Part shown: positions 29,184-39,682 of the stretch, piece by piece
Position numbering within the stretch: position 1 is the first letter of the stretch
Layout: the number at the start of each line of letters is the position of its first letter
Assembly: GCF_044324875.1 (NCBI RefSeq)
Contig: NZ_CP172186.1
DNA length: 64,000 nucleotides
Direction: 5' to 3' (one strand)
Origin: Escherichia coli
Lineage (GTDB): Bacteria; Pseudomonadota; Gammaproteobacteria; Enterobacterales; Enterobacteriaceae
Notes under the pieces: model-generated
What the model saw: only the letters and a program-made list of their open reading frames with translations
Databases searched by the model: none
What the model was told of the DNA's origin: nothing
Program-made: the position numbers and the translations under genes

Positions 29184-29998
29184 ATGACGTACTTTTTGTC
29201 AGGAAACGAATCCGGCAGCAGGATAAGCGCCACACCGTCCATTTTCTCCCGCAACATTTGACGCTGTGCCGGCGGCCAGCGGCGCAGTGCATCAGCAAAA
29301 TCCGCCGGACGCCAGGTGCGAAATTTCTCCTCAACGGCCAGGCGGTTCTGTACCAGGGCATTCAGTACGGCCCGTCCCTGTCTGACTCGCTTACGCTCAT
29401 CGCTGAAAATTTCCTTCAGTGCCCGTGCATTGAGAGCAACTACCGAGGCCGGATGCAAATCAGGGAGCCAGACCATCACCCCCTGTGCGGCAGCGTAGCC
29501 GTTCAGGCAGTGCCAGGCGTGGCAGAAGGCACAGAGATGAAAGGGCGGGCCTTCCGGCTGCAGCAGTTCACTTTCATTTTCGCTGAGTGCATCTGTTGTG
29601 ACGATTTGTGACTTTTCCACATGACGCAGGGCCAGTCGCCTGGCCGACAGGCGGGCCTGTGCCAGGGACCGCTCCGCATCCTGCAGGGTTCGGGTGTGTT
29701 TCTTTTTTTCGTCAGCGTTTTCCGGTACCGGATGTTTTTTCAGGCGCATCACCCGGGTGAGGTTTTTTTCCAGCAGGACGACCGTATCCCGGCAGGTGTC
29801 AGCCATCTGCTGTAATGGCCATGAATCCTCCAGAATGAAGCGGTGAGTGACGGTCCTGCGACAGCAGGGACAGCGTCCGGGTGTTGAGAGCACGGGTGGT
29901 GGCAGCAGGGATTCACCGCTGAATACCGTGTCCGGTTGCGGGAGCGGGAAAAGCCAGCGTTCCCGGGCCGGGGCGATGAGTGGCGGTGTTTTGTTCAT
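29180..29998 (-). CDS. conjugal transfer protein (TraT-like by position)
   Basis: 272 aa; position before traU; no diagnostic motif. Confidence 0.5.
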   Translation of the reverse strand: MNKTPPLIAPARERWLFPLPQPDTVFSGESLLPPPVLSTPGRCPCCRRTVTHRFILEDSWPLQQMADTCRDTVVLLEKNLTRVMRLKKHPVPENADEKKKHTRTLQDAERSLAQARLSARRLALRHVEKSQIVTTDALSENESELLQPEGPPFHLCAFCHAWHCLNGYAAAQGVMVWLPDLHPASVVALNARALKEIFSDERKRVRQGRAVLNALVQNRLAVEEKFRTWRPADFADALRRWPPAQRQMLREKMDGVALILLPDSFPDKKYVM

Positions 29999-30197
29999 AC
30001 GTTTTTCTCTCTGTATACAGGGTGACGGCAGCCAGAATCAGTGCTGCGATGGCGGTGGAATAACACTCTGCAAACACAAACTCCTGATTATCCCGGTTGT
30101 CGCGGGCAATCACGTTGCCGTGCTCTGTTCTGAGCAGGGTGAAAGGGGGCAGCTCACAGGACATGGTCTGGTCCTCTTCATTGTGTGAAGACGGCAC
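29913..30197 (-). CDS. small membrane protein (TraS-like by position)
   Basis: 94-aa ORF with one hydrophobic helix; overlaps next ORF start. Confidence 0.35.
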   Translation of the reverse strand: MPSSHNEEDQTMSCELPPFTLLRTEHGNVIARDNRDNQEFVFAECYSTAIAALILAAVTLYTERKTYEQNTATHRPGPGTLAFPAPATGHGIQR

Positions 30198-30220
30198 CGG
30201 GAAACCGGTGCCGTTGTGGA

Positions 30221-30619
30221 TTAACTGATGGAGACCGGAGAAAGACCGAGCGTTTTCTGTCCGCTGCTCATCATTTCCGGTACGACGGCAAGACAGGCAC
30301 CGACCACAATGGACAGTATGCAGGCCAGCCCTGCTCCGGGTTTTTTACCGATTTGTTTGAGGCCAAGCAGGCCGGCAATAAAGAGCACCAGGCCAATAAC
30401 CTGAGCGATGGTCACAAATGAACTGCTGGAGCCTTTTGCACCATCGCCAACGGTTTTGATCATATCGAATAGGGTGTTTGCCATCGCTGTGTGGGGCAGC
30501 AGTATCACGGGAAGCAGAAGTAACAGGCGTATCAGCCGGTCACGGCAGGCCACCAGGCATAACTGAACATAAATAAATGCAGCGCACAGACGCGCCGCCA
30601 TGGCACGGAATCGTGACAT
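30221..30619 (-). CDS. traR: conjugal transfer membrane protein TraR
   Basis: 132 aa, multi-TM; synteny. Confidence 0.55.
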   Translation of the reverse strand: MSRFRAMAARLCAAFIYVQLCLVACRDRLIRLLLLLPVILLPHTAMANTLFDMIKTVGDGAKGSSSSFVTIAQVIGLVLFIAGLLGLKQIGKKPGAGLACILSIVVGACLAVVPEMMSSGQKTLGLSPVSIS

Positions 30620-30665
30620 ATAGTCTCCTTAACTAACAGACTGAATTACTGAAAATGAATGTGGA

Positions 30666-31196
30666 TCAGAAGGCGAGACCAAGACTCGCCAGAGAGGCAT
30701 CGATGACGCGATCGATAAAAACCAGCAGAACGCCGGCAACAAACTTGACGTTTCCTTTGCTGATGGACTCACTGCTGCTCAGGGCGGTATGCCCGTCCAG
30801 CAGGGATTTACGCCAGATGGAAATGCCGTTCATGGCAAATCCCACTCCGGCCAGTTTTACCAGTGAGAGCATGGCATTGGCGGCACCGGCAGCGGCACCA
30901 AAGGTGGTTGGTTGTACATAAGCGATAGGGCCGAAGGAATCTGCCCTGAATCCCATCTGGGTACCCCCGGCATTGATGAAGGATGGCAGGGCGACCAGCA
31001 TGCCGCAGATGACGATACCGGCGATAAATTTTCCCGGTCCCATACTGTGACGCCCTTCTGCCCGGGCGCGCATCAGATGACCAATCAGGCCGATAATCCC
31101 CAGCAGCTCTCCCCAGGTGAAGAGAAACTCCATGCCTGCACTGAATATACCGCTGGCAAAGTTCTCTATGGCTGTCAGGGCATCAATGCTCATCAT
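30666..31196 (-). CDS. traQ: conjugal transfer membrane protein TraQ
   Basis: 176 aa, multi-TM; synteny. Confidence 0.55.
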   Translation of the reverse strand: MMSIDALTAIENFASGIFSAGMEFLFTWGELLGIIGLIGHLMRARAEGRHSMGPGKFIAGIVICGMLVALPSFINAGGTQMGFRADSFGPIAYVQPTTFGAAAGAANAMLSLVKLAGVGFAMNGISIWRKSLLDGHTALSSSESISKGNVKFVAGVLLVFIDRVIDASLASLGLAF

Positions 31197-31906
31197 CGTA
31201 ATGTACCGGCAGAGGTGATGACTGAGCGGCTGGACGGTTCAATCCGGGTGATGGTGATATTCCCCAGCCTGTCACCTTCCCGTACTGCCCAGGCGCTACC
31301 CTGCCAGCGGATCCAGGCCATTCCTTTTTCCACCGACATGATTTGCATGCCCTGCAGGCGGGAAGGCGGGGTTTTCGTTGACTGGCCGTTATTCCCGGTC
31401 GGGATTTGCAGTGGTCCCTGCATCTGCAGGGCATGCACCTGCTTACGGGTTTCATCAAGCAACTGACGGGTTTCCTGTGCCCAGGCCTCATCTTTCCGTA
31501 TGGTGTCGCCAAGGGTTGTGATGCTCTCTTTCAGCATGGTCAGGGTACGTCGGATTTCCTCATCCCGCCTGTCCAGCTCTGCTTTCAGGTCACGGGCAAG
31601 CTGCTGCATGTCTGCCTGTGGGGTGACAGGAGGCGCGGACATGGTGTTTCCGCTCCCGGTCTCCGTTATGGGCATGGGCTCTGCCCAGCTTTCGGCTGCG
31701 GGCGGTGTGACAGCGAAGCCTGCATCTGCAGGGGGCTCTGAGGGTGTCCGCAGAAACTTGTACCAGACTGCGGCCAGGATGATGAGGACACAGCCGGCCC
31801 AGACTGGCAGGCTGTATCCCATATACTGGCGTTTCAGGAAGGATTTGCCGGATGCCGGTGTCGTTGTTTCGCCAAAACTGCCGGGATCTTCATGTTCGTT
31901 TTTCAT
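31193..31906 (-). CDS. traP: conjugal transfer protein TraP
   Basis: 237 aa, one TM helix plus coiled-coil region; synteny. Confidence 0.55.
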   Translation of the reverse strand: MKNEHEDPGSFGETTTPASGKSFLKRQYMGYSLPVWAGCVLIILAAVWYKFLRTPSEPPADAGFAVTPPAAESWAEPMPITETGSGNTMSAPPVTPQADMQQLARDLKAELDRRDEEIRRTLTMLKESITTLGDTIRKDEAWAQETRQLLDETRKQVHALQMQGPLQIPTGNNGQSTKTPPSRLQGMQIMSVEKGMAWIRWQGSAWAVREGDRLGNITITRIEPSSRSVITSAGTLR

Positions 31907-33234
31907 GGATGACTTTCCTGTTGTATTCCGTAACGTTGCCGCATTTCGTTCTGTTTACGCATGACAGCTGCCTGGATCCTGTCAGACGCCTGACGCTCTG
32001 CTTCTTCCTGGGTGAGCGGGCGTCCGGAGGGCGGTGGCACAGAAGGGGCAGTGCCGGAGGAGGGGGGACTGATATCGTTGCTCATGACCGGCTCAACAAA
32101 CAGAATGGAGACAACCTCTCCGCGTGACACTGTCACCTGCCGGTAAGGTTCGCTCTCCGCCTGGCGGGTCAGCAACTGACTGCCCCGTTCGGCCATGCCG
32201 CCTGCAATGACGCCAGCCAGCGCCTCGCCATCAGGCATTCCCACCCTGCCAGTAATGCTGCCGTAGTTTCCCTGAATGACCTGTGTGTTGGCGTCTTTGT
32301 AAAGACTTCCGACACTGCCCACCCCACCGAGCACAGACGGCAGAACGATATGCTTAAACCAGCGGTGGTTCACGTCGCTGGCCACGGATGACATGCCGGT
32401 ATGTTCATTCAGGGCATATGCATTGACTTTCAGAAACATGCCCCGCCACATCATCCGGTCAAAGTGGATATCCATTCCCTTGCCGGCGAGTCTGGCGTCC
32501 TGGCTGTAGAGGACGGCCCCGGCCCATGGGCCGGCAGGTACGGAGGCCACCACGCGGGAGACAGCATTGTCAGAGTCCACTTCCGTATCAATGAAGGCAG
32601 GTACGCGGGTCAGTGCCGGTATCAGCTGTATCCCTGTACGAGCTGCCGGGGTTGCCAGACTGGCCTCCTGCAGACGTGGTTGTGGTGATGTGCCGGTACC
32701 GGGTGGTGAGGCGTGTGAGCTTATCCCGGGAGCACCAGTGGCACCCCACATTGCAGCCGCCACTACCGGGGGGCGGGCGTCAGGATGCTGTGTGTTGATG
32801 CGGGCAAGCAGTTTTTGTAACGCTTCCCGCTGTTTTTCCCGGGCTGTTTGATCTGCCTGAGGGGGCGTTGATGGTTGACCAGAACCCTCGGCCTGGTCAG
32901 CAGGCTGAGTATCCCTACTTTGATTCTTTCCGTGATCAGTATCCAGTCCCCTGGGCAGACTGGCGATGAACGTCTGGTTATTACGTAATGCTTCTGCGGC
33001 CCCGCGCTCATTGTCAGCACGCAGTAAATCCCGGTAGTGCTGTGACTCCACCACGGTCCGCCCGCTGCCTGTTGTCGTGCTGTTGATATTGACTGACGAG
33101 AGCGATGCGCTGTTTTCGGGGGAAAGCCAGGTGAGCAGCAGGTATCCGCCCCCGATGATAATCACGCTCCCGAGAACCAGCAGGGCTGACAGTTTTTTGC
33201 CGGACTTTACGGCTGTGTCCTGTTCTGCGCTCAT
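31903..33234 (-). CDS. traO: conjugal transfer protein TraO
   Basis: 443 aa, N-terminal TM, Pro/Gln-rich linker; synteny. Confidence 0.55.
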   Translation of the reverse strand: MSAEQDTAVKSGKKLSALLVLGSVIIIGGGYLLLTWLSPENSASLSSVNINSTTTGSGRTVVESQHYRDLLRADNERGAAEALRNNQTFIASLPRGLDTDHGKNQSRDTQPADQAEGSGQPSTPPQADQTAREKQREALQKLLARINTQHPDARPPVVAAAMWGATGAPGISSHASPPGTGTSPQPRLQEASLATPAARTGIQLIPALTRVPAFIDTEVDSDNAVSRVVASVPAGPWAGAVLYSQDARLAGKGMDIHFDRMMWRGMFLKVNAYALNEHTGMSSVASDVNHRWFKHIVLPSVLGGVGSVGSLYKDANTQVIQGNYGSITGRVGMPDGEALAGVIAGGMAERGSQLLTRQAESEPYRQVTVSRGEVVSILFVEPVMSNDISPPSSGTAPSVPPPSGRPLTQEEAERQASDRIQAAVMRKQNEMRQRYGIQQESHP

Positions 33235-33237
33235 GAT

Positions 33238-34317
33238 TTACTCCAGTTCAGGGGTGACGTGAATGGACTGACCATTCACGGAGAAGGTGAGTAAGGGAGT
33301 CACCGGCAGTTTCCACAGACGCGTACCGTCAGCAGATGCCAGCGTCTGTTCAAATTCATCCCGCAGCATGGCCCGCGATCGCACGAGCAGATCATCGCCG
33401 TGCTGCCAGATGGTGGTGCCCGGAACATTTCCGGAGAATTTCAGCCGACGCACGGTGGGATCATCGGGAGGAACACCGTCCAGAAAGGCCTGCAGGGTGG
33501 CATCATGCAGGGCAATCTTCTCTGATGGTACGGCTACCACAGGACTGGCAGGTCCCTGACGGGGAATGCGCAGATCCAGACGGCTGTCGATCTCCTGACT
33601 CAGGGTATTGGTGTCGGTTTCACCACTGGTGATATTCAGAATGACCGGTACAGACAGTCCTTTGAGGTAGACCGTTACATTCCCTGCAGCCCAGGCGCGC
33701 AGGGGGGTGACGGAGACCATATTGCCGTTGAACTGCACATCAAAGTGACCGGGTGCCGCGTTATAAGGCGGATCCGACTGAGGCCACGGGGAGCCGTTGA
33801 TGTCCGTGAACGTTACCACGCTGACGTTATGCAGTGCGGTTCGGACAAGCGGCAGACTGGCCCCGGGTGACAGATTTACCGTGAGGGAGCTGATACGGGG
33901 CACCACACTGGTGACAGGTGCGCTGATGGCCCGTTCGTTATCGGCCATTCGTCCCCGCAGTTCCCGAATTTCACCTGCATTCAGGGGGGAATCCAGTGAT
34001 GCGGCTTCCTGAACAAGAGGAGAGGCAGGTGGCGGCAGGGGGCCTGTGAGTTGTGTGGCTGGCGGGGGGCCGCCTGCGGGGGCGCTCCCGGGAGCCTGTC
34101 CTGTCTTTCCGCCAGCCTGTGGGGTTCGTGCGTTCTGCCAGCCCGGGTTATCTGCAGCCGTGACAGTGCCGCACACAATAAGCAGTGCGCCAAGAAGATG
34201 ATGTATTTGCATGATATGAGTCTCAGGTTCCTGATGCGGCGTTACGGGAAACCATCTGGCTGATTTCCATGCCGCCGGGTTTGATTCGTGGGTCAACGCG
34301 CCGGACAGTGATTTCAA
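33238..34317 (-). CDS. traN: conjugal transfer protein TraN (secreted)
   Basis: Signal peptide MQIHHLLGALLIVCGTVTA at an internal start; synteny. Confidence 0.55.
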   Translation of the reverse strand: MKSLSGALTHESNPAAWKSARWFPVTPHQEPETHIMQIHHLLGALLIVCGTVTAADNPGWQNARTPQAGGKTGQAPGSAPAGGPPPATQLTGPLPPPASPLVQEAASLDSPLNAGEIRELRGRMADNERAISAPVTSVVPRISSLTVNLSPGASLPLVRTALHNVSVVTFTDINGSPWPQSDPPYNAAPGHFDVQFNGNMVSVTPLRAWAAGNVTVYLKGLSVPVILNITSGETDTNTLSQEIDSRLDLRIPRQGPASPVVAVPSEKIALHDATLQAFLDGVPPDDPTVRRLKFSGNVPGTTIWQHGDDLLVRSRAMLRDEFEQTLASADGTRLWKLPVTPLLTFSVNGQSIHVTPELE

Positions 34318-34918
34318 AGGTGAAGGCCTGCTCGGGGCGGGTGCTGGTCTGACCGACCAGACGCATCCTGACCGGATACTGGAATTTCCAGAACCAGATG
34401 CCGTTTTCCATCTGGCCCTGATTCACCAGCGTGCCGGCCCCGATGGTGGCTGTGAGGTTAAATTTCTCCTTTTTAATGGTGTCCAGAATGTTGGAGGCCT
34501 GAAGAGCATTCACATAGCCGGCAAAACCGGCTTCGGAAAAGCGTGGAGCCAGTGTCGTGATTTGTTTCCTGTAGTGGACAAAATCCAGATTAAAAGCTTC
34601 GCTCAGCGTCATGCTGCCAAACGTCATGACGTCGCTCTGACTCCAGGCTGGCTGACTGGTGGGGGCCAGGCGGACCAGCCGGCCATTGTCGGTGGCAAAG
34701 TATTCGCGCGTCACGTCGGTGGCATGCCAGTACTGTATGATATTGCCGGTCAGACTGATGACGAGAGCTGCGCTGCTACACAGCAAGGCCCTGACCAGTC
34801 CGGGAACCAGTGCGGCCCGTTGTTCTGACTGTGCGATGGTTCTGAGCACGGGGTTATAAATATCTCCGCTGTTATCCGCTTCCGGTGAGACAGGGGAGGT
34901 GGGTTGTGCTTCGCTCAT
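34223..34918 (-). CDS. traM: conjugal transfer protein TraM
   Basis: 231 aa; synteny. Confidence 0.55.
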   Translation of the reverse strand: MSEAQPTSPVSPEADNSGDIYNPVLRTIAQSEQRAALVPGLVRALLCSSAALVISLTGNIIQYWHATDVTREYFATDNGRLVRLAPTSQPAWSQSDVMTFGSMTLSEAFNLDFVHYRKQITTLAPRFSEAGFAGYVNALQASNILDTIKKEKFNLTATIGAGTLVNQGQMENGIWFWKFQYPVRMRLVGQTSTRPEQAFTFEITVRRVDPRIKPGGMEISQMVSRNAASGT

Positions 34919-34929
34919 GGTGCTCCTGT

Positions 34930-35280
34930 TCAGAGGTTATAGTCTTTCCAGGGGTCGATATTCCCCGGCAGATGTTCATTCACCCGATCCACGACGGCAT
35001 CACAGACCTGGTTTTCCAGGTCGCGGAGGAGTTTGTCCAGGCTGGGGAACTGCGGAAGAGTGATGCTGACGTCCTTGATGCGGGACAGGCAGGACTGCAG
35101 GGAAGAGGCGACGTCATTCTCCCGCTGTGACCATGCCTGGCTGGCTGTGCGCGCCCGCTCCCAGGCGGCTCTGCTGCCGGCTTCGGCAGCGGCCCCCGCC
35201 CGGCAGGTGGCGGCACCTGCCACCGGTGATGCCAGGGTGATGCCGGTCAGTATGACCAGCAGCGTTTTTTTCATGTTCAT
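34930..35280 (-). CDS. traL: conjugal transfer protein TraL (secreted)
   Basis: Start taken at MNMKKTLLVILTGITLASPVAGA signal peptide (track ORF extends to 35451). Confidence 0.5.
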   Translation of the reverse strand: MNMKKTLLVILTGITLASPVAGAATCRAGAAAEAGSRAAWERARTASQAWSQRENDVASSLQSCLSRIKDVSITLPQFPSLDKLLRDLENQVCDAVVDRVNEHLPGNIDPWKDYNL

Positions 35281-35296
35281 GGTCGTCCTTACCGGC

Positions 35297-38200
35297 TCAT
35301 CGGCCGGGGCTGTGAGATTGTGCCTGTTGCAGAGTTTTTTCCTGCCTGTCCTCCGCCTTTTGGCTGTCAGACCACTCTTTCCAGGTCTGCTCAAAACCCA
35401 GAGAGCGGAAAAGCTTGTCCGGCTGCTCTTCCGGTTTGTGGATGGCGGCAAACAACGGGGAGTCCTGTTGCTTCAGGTGAAACTGCATCAACTGTGGGGC
35501 AGGACGCTTAGGGCCGTCCGCATCCCGGTTGATGGCCTCACCGTAACCGGAAAACTGAAGGCCCCTGTCGGTCATGGCGTTGATGACCAGCTGACGGCTG
35601 TCCGCTGTCGGGGTGGCCAGTGCCGGGTAAAGGGTGCCGTTCAGGCGGACCACGCCCTGCATGTATTCGTCGGCGCTTTGTAACAGCAGCAGATCCAGAC
35701 GCTGGCTTTGTTTGTCGACGGAGAAGATGAGCGGCGTCAGTGTGGCGGGCGGTGTTCCGTTAAGTGGAACCCGCAGTGCCGGGTCTCGCGGTGCAGCGGC
35801 TGGCTGGCGGTCCTCCCCCAGATACAGGGTGTCGGGTACTTTGTCGGGGAGACGTACATCCTGCATGAGCTGTGGCCATCCCTGCTGTAACAGGGTCATC
35901 ATCTGGCGGAATGTGGCCGCCGGATATTCCCGGATGTACTGGCCTTCATGCGGGTTATCATGCGATACGCTGATCCCGTTACAGACCGGTTTCATGGTCC
36001 AGATATTTCGCACCCATTCCGGTTTGCCCTGTGATGAAGGTGATCTCTCCCGGGCCTGCAATGTCAGCGTGACGGGGTCGCCTTTCTGGTGGTTTTTGAC
36101 CAGTTCTTCCAGGCCTTTTCCCCAGTATTCCCGTTTGCCACTGCGGTTGGTGAGCTCCACAAAAAAGCAGCGCCCTTTTCCGGGCGCATACTCTTTTTCT
36201 CCGTAGTTTGTCAGGACGGCAGTCACACTTTCACCGGGTCTGAGTTTGCCGGGGGGCTCTTCCTCCGGTGTGTCGGGTTGCTGTGGCTGTGCACTGACAG
36301 CGACGTTTCCTGCTGACGATGACGGGGCGGCTGGTTGTTCCGGTGTGTCGGCCCGGGGGGCTTCAGCTTTTGCCGTGACCGGCGCTTCCGGATGCGGTGT
36401 TTCAGCCGTACTGCCTGCAGTTTGCTCTGTTTCTGCTTTCGGTGACACAGGGGGGGCCGGTTGTGCCATTGTTGTCTCTTCCGGTGACAGGCGGTTGAGT
36501 TCCGGCGTGGGTCTGTGGGTGACGATGGCATCATGCGCCATCCCTTTCTCCTGGCGGAGTTTTTCCAGCGCAGCCCTCTGGGTCGGGAGTTTCATGCGAA
36601 CCTTGATGTCGTATTCGACAATCAGTTGCATGGCTTTTTGTTTAAAGGCATCACTGCCGGTCAGCTCGATAACGCCGCCATAGAAATTGGTGGCCACAGC
36701 AAGGGCAGCCAGAACCTTTTTGTCATCCGCGCTGGCGCCATCCACCATTTCCAGACGGTTGAGTTTATCCAGGAATGCCGGTTCGCCGTCGACGCGGTAG
36801 AGCGCAGTATTGTCGGGTAACTCTTCGTGCTCAAGATTTTTAATAATCTCGTCCAGGTTGTGCCGCTGCGGACTGTCGGGACGGCGGGGCGCAAAGATAA
36901 TCGTGTCCGGTTCCGTTGACGATGTGTCTTCCGGGCTGTTTTCCGGTGGTGATGGTGGTGCGACCTCCTCTGTTGCTGTTTCAGCCTCCGTGGGCTTTTT
37001 CTCCTGAATAACGGAAGGTTCTGAGGTGCGTGATTTCCCACCGGTCAGAAAACGGCGCAGACGGCTGAAAAGCGATGGCGTTTCAGGGTGGGCTGCTTCA
37101 TTCGCTGTGCTGGTCTCAGTGGCAGACACAGGACGCTCTTCCTGCAGTTTATCTTCAGCCGTCGGTTCAGCGGTGGCCTGCCGGACTGGCTGAGTTTCTG
37201 CAGGTTCAGAAGGTGAGGCTGTTTCTGCTGTGCCGGTGTTGTGAACAGTGGCAGCAACCGTGGCATCGGCATTGAGCTCCTCAGGCGGTGCGTCACGGTT
37301 GTTATCGGGGACGGCAGAGGCACTCTTTTCACTGGTATCCGTTGCAGACAGAACATCCTCTTCCTGCGGTTTATTTTCTGCCGTTGCTTCAGGGGTTGCC
37401 TGCTGAACAGGCTGAGTCCCGGCAGGTTCAGAAGGTGAGGCTGTTTCTGTTGTATCGGTGTGGTGAGCCGTGGTCATCACAGTGGCATCAGCGTTGAGGT
37501 CTTCCGCAAATGCGCTCCAGTCGTCAGCGCTGGCCATGGAGACCTGCAGTTGTTCTTCAGTCTGCGTTGTGGTGGTGTGCTGTGTCCCGGTCGCGTCGGA
37601 GACGGAGGTTTCCGGTGTGTCGTCACCTGGGGAGAGCTCTTCTGCCTGTACGCTCTGGTTGTCAGCGGTGGTGGCAGAGGCATTTTTTTCACCGGTATCA
37701 GCGGCAGGTATAACGCTCTCCTGAGGTTTGTCTTCTGCTGTTGGTTCAGGGGAGGACTTCTGAACAGGCTGAATCTCTGCAGGTTCAGGAAGCGTTCCTG
37801 TTTCTGCTGTGTTGGTGTTGTGAGCGGTGTCTGTACCTGTGGCGTCTGTATTGAGGTCTTCCTGGTCGCCAGCGGTAGCCGCAGAGGTATTCTCTGTGCC
37901 GGTATCAGCGGCAGACGCAATATTCTCCAGTGGTTTATCCGGGGATAACGTCTCCGTAGTTACTGACTGCAGGGATGCATAGGCGGCATAGTCATCTTCA
38001 TATGCCTGGTTTTCTGTCTCTTCAGTGTGGATGTCATAAGGCGTATCCGGTGTCGCCAGCACCGTTTCCGGGGCTGTGCTCTGTTTGTTTTCAGGGGACA
38101 TTTGTGGCTTCTCATCTTTTACCGGTGTGAATATCAGGTTGCCGATCACGACAGCTTCACGGTGGTCGGCAGTGTCACTGTTGGGTGTGGGGATACCGAT

Positions 38201-39328
38201 ATGTTTTAACTGTGCGTTCATGACATGCTGAAAGTCGTCCCGTCCCCGGCTGGCGTCCAGGTCATTGAAATCGGTCAGTCCCTGTGCTTTTTCCTCCTCC
38301 GTAAAGGCCGGAATAATGACTTCGCCATTCGTGACTTCTGCGGCTTTTGTTGCACTAAAAACCCCCTTGTTAATTTCCCGTTGATGATCGTTGTCGGCAC
38401 AGAAGACAAAGGGGCTGTCAGTCCAGATTTGGCGGGCATTTTCTGCCACGGCAATCATATTGCCGGCATCAACTGTCATCAGAACCGGAAGGCCGGTGGC
38501 TTCGTGCAGGGAGGCGGCAGTAGCGTAACCTTCCGCAAATAACAGGGGACGGCCATTTTCCGGGGTTCCGAAGGTGAACCAGTTGCCGGTTTTCTCGGAG
38601 TCTTTCAGAATGCGGGCATCCTTCCCGCCGGTGACCGGAATACGCTGGTACGAACGTATTTCCCCCCGGCCGTTGCTGAAGGGAATAACCAGCTCATTTT
38701 TATTGTTCAGCCGCACGCCAGGCGCGGCCCGGATGCCCTTGCGCGTCAGGTATTCATGTGCTGTTGCCTGTGGCAACCCGTTAATATAGGAGCGGGCATA
38801 CCGGGCCTGTTTGTTGTACTGTTGCTGCAGTTTACGTGCGTTATCATCGCGCTGTTGCTGAGCGAATGCCCGCAGATGCAGTCTGGCCAGAGGATCGTGT
38901 TGTTCTCCGCCGGAAAATACCCAGTTTGTGGGACTGTCATCGGCGCTCCGGTAGTCGCGGTACCAGCCAGCGGGGCGCCCATCAAGATAGGCTTTGTATG
39001 CGCCACTTTTGGCCCCTTTTTTGTCATCCCGGGTGGCGACTCTGTGTATGGCGCCATCCATCTGTGGCAATCCCTGAATAACCAGCCCGGCGTTTTCCAG
39101 GACCTGAGCAAATTCGGTGACCGGATCGCCGGCATCCATCGACAGTTCCTGCGGCCGGGGTAACCAGCGCTCCAGCAGAGAAAGTTCGGTACCTGCCCGG
39201 GCATACCAGAGTTTTTTTTCTGGATCCCATGCGACAGCTTTGCGGCCATTTAACGGGGGTACTGCATTTTTTACGGCTTCTGTCTCCTCAGGCGGGACAG
39301 CAAGCCAGGTACGATATCTGGACTTCAT
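35297..39328 (-). CDS. sog: DNA primase Sog (plasmid primase, suppressor of dnaG)
   Basis: 1343 aa; primase motif LLFAEGYATAASLHEATGLPVLMTVDAGNM; long acidic Thr/Pro/Glu-rich repetitive linker. Confidence 0.8.
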   Translation of the reverse strand: MKSRYRTWLAVPPEETEAVKNAVPPLNGRKAVAWDPEKKLWYARAGTELSLLERWLPRPQELSMDAGDPVTEFAQVLENAGLVIQGLPQMDGAIHRVATRDDKKGAKSGAYKAYLDGRPAGWYRDYRSADDSPTNWVFSGGEQHDPLARLHLRAFAQQQRDDNARKLQQQYNKQARYARSYINGLPQATAHEYLTRKGIRAAPGVRLNNKNELVIPFSNGRGEIRSYQRIPVTGGKDARILKDSEKTGNWFTFGTPENGRPLLFAEGYATAASLHEATGLPVLMTVDAGNMIAVAENARQIWTDSPFVFCADNDHQREINKGVFSATKAAEVTNGEVIIPAFTEEEKAQGLTDFNDLDASRGRDDFQHVMNAQLKHIGIPTPNSDTADHREAVVIGNLIFTPVKDEKPQMSPENKQSTAPETVLATPDTPYDIHTEETENQAYEDDYAAYASLQSVTTETLSPDKPLENIASAADTGTENTSAATAGDQEDLNTDATGTDTAHNTNTAETGTLPEPAEIQPVQKSSPEPTAEDKPQESVIPAADTGEKNASATTADNQSVQAEELSPGDDTPETSVSDATGTQHTTTTQTEEQLQVSMASADDWSAFAEDLNADATVMTTAHHTDTTETASPSEPAGTQPVQQATPEATAENKPQEEDVLSATDTSEKSASAVPDNNRDAPPEELNADATVAATVHNTGTAETASPSEPAETQPVRQATAEPTAEDKLQEERPVSATETSTANEAAHPETPSLFSRLRRFLTGGKSRTSEPSVIQEKKPTEAETATEEVAPPSPPENSPEDTSSTEPDTIIFAPRRPDSPQRHNLDEIIKNLEHEELPDNTALYRVDGEPAFLDKLNRLEMVDGASADDKKVLAALAVATNFYGGVIELTGSDAFKQKAMQLIVEYDIKVRMKLPTQRAALEKLRQEKGMAHDAIVTHRPTPELNRLSPEETTMAQPAPPVSPKAETEQTAGSTAETPHPEAPVTAKAEAPRADTPEQPAAPSSSAGNVAVSAQPQQPDTPEEEPPGKLRPGESVTAVLTNYGEKEYAPGKGRCFFVELTNRSGKREYWGKGLEELVKNHQKGDPVTLTLQARERSPSSQGKPEWVRNIWTMKPVCNGISVSHDNPHEGQYIREYPAATFRQMMTLLQQGWPQLMQDVRLPDKVPDTLYLGEDRQPAAAPRDPALRVPLNGTPPATLTPLIFSVDKQSQRLDLLLLQSADEYMQGVVRLNGTLYPALATPTADSRQLVINAMTDRGLQFSGYGEAINRDADGPKRPAPQLMQFHLKQQDSPLFAAIHKPEEQPDKLFRSLGFEQTWKEWSDSQKAEDRQEKTLQQAQSHSPGR
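37080..37862. repeat. three imperfect in-frame tandem repeats (about 354, 216 and 210 bp) within sog
   Basis: Units start with E[DE]LN[AT]DAT..TAH..T..ETASPSEPAETQPVQQATPE at about 37862, 37508 and 37292 (minus strand). Confidence 0.8.
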
Positions 39329-39391
39329 GTCGTTCTCCGGGGATTAAAGATGAGGGCGTTGTGATACGCCGGGATGATGGACAAAAGAGGG

Positions 39392-39682
39392 CTATTCTGG
39401 TCCGTGCCATTCACGGGGTAATTCTGTGCGGTGTCGGTACCACCAGGGACGTCCTGATGCCTGCTTACCCTGAAGCAGGCTGTACAGACGTATACAGAGG
39501 GTGCGGACTGTCCAGCCGGAATATCCCAGGAGCATAAAAAACAGCAGAATGCCGCTGCACACCCAGAATGTCGTTTTTGACGGATACGGAAACAACAGCA
39601 GGTAAATCATGGTAAACGGCAGGGGGACACCATAAATGTTGAGCGGTGGAGTTACATCCCGCCAGAAGCCTTCGCGTTTCAT
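39392..39682 (-). CDS. traK: conjugal transfer membrane protein TraK
   Basis: 96 aa, two TM helices; directly downstream of traJ. Confidence 0.55.
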   Translation of the reverse strand: MKREGFWRDVTPPLNIYGVPLPFTMIYLLLFPYPSKTTFWVCSGILLFFMLLGYSGWTVRTLCIRLYSLLQGKQASGRPWWYRHRTELPREWHGPE

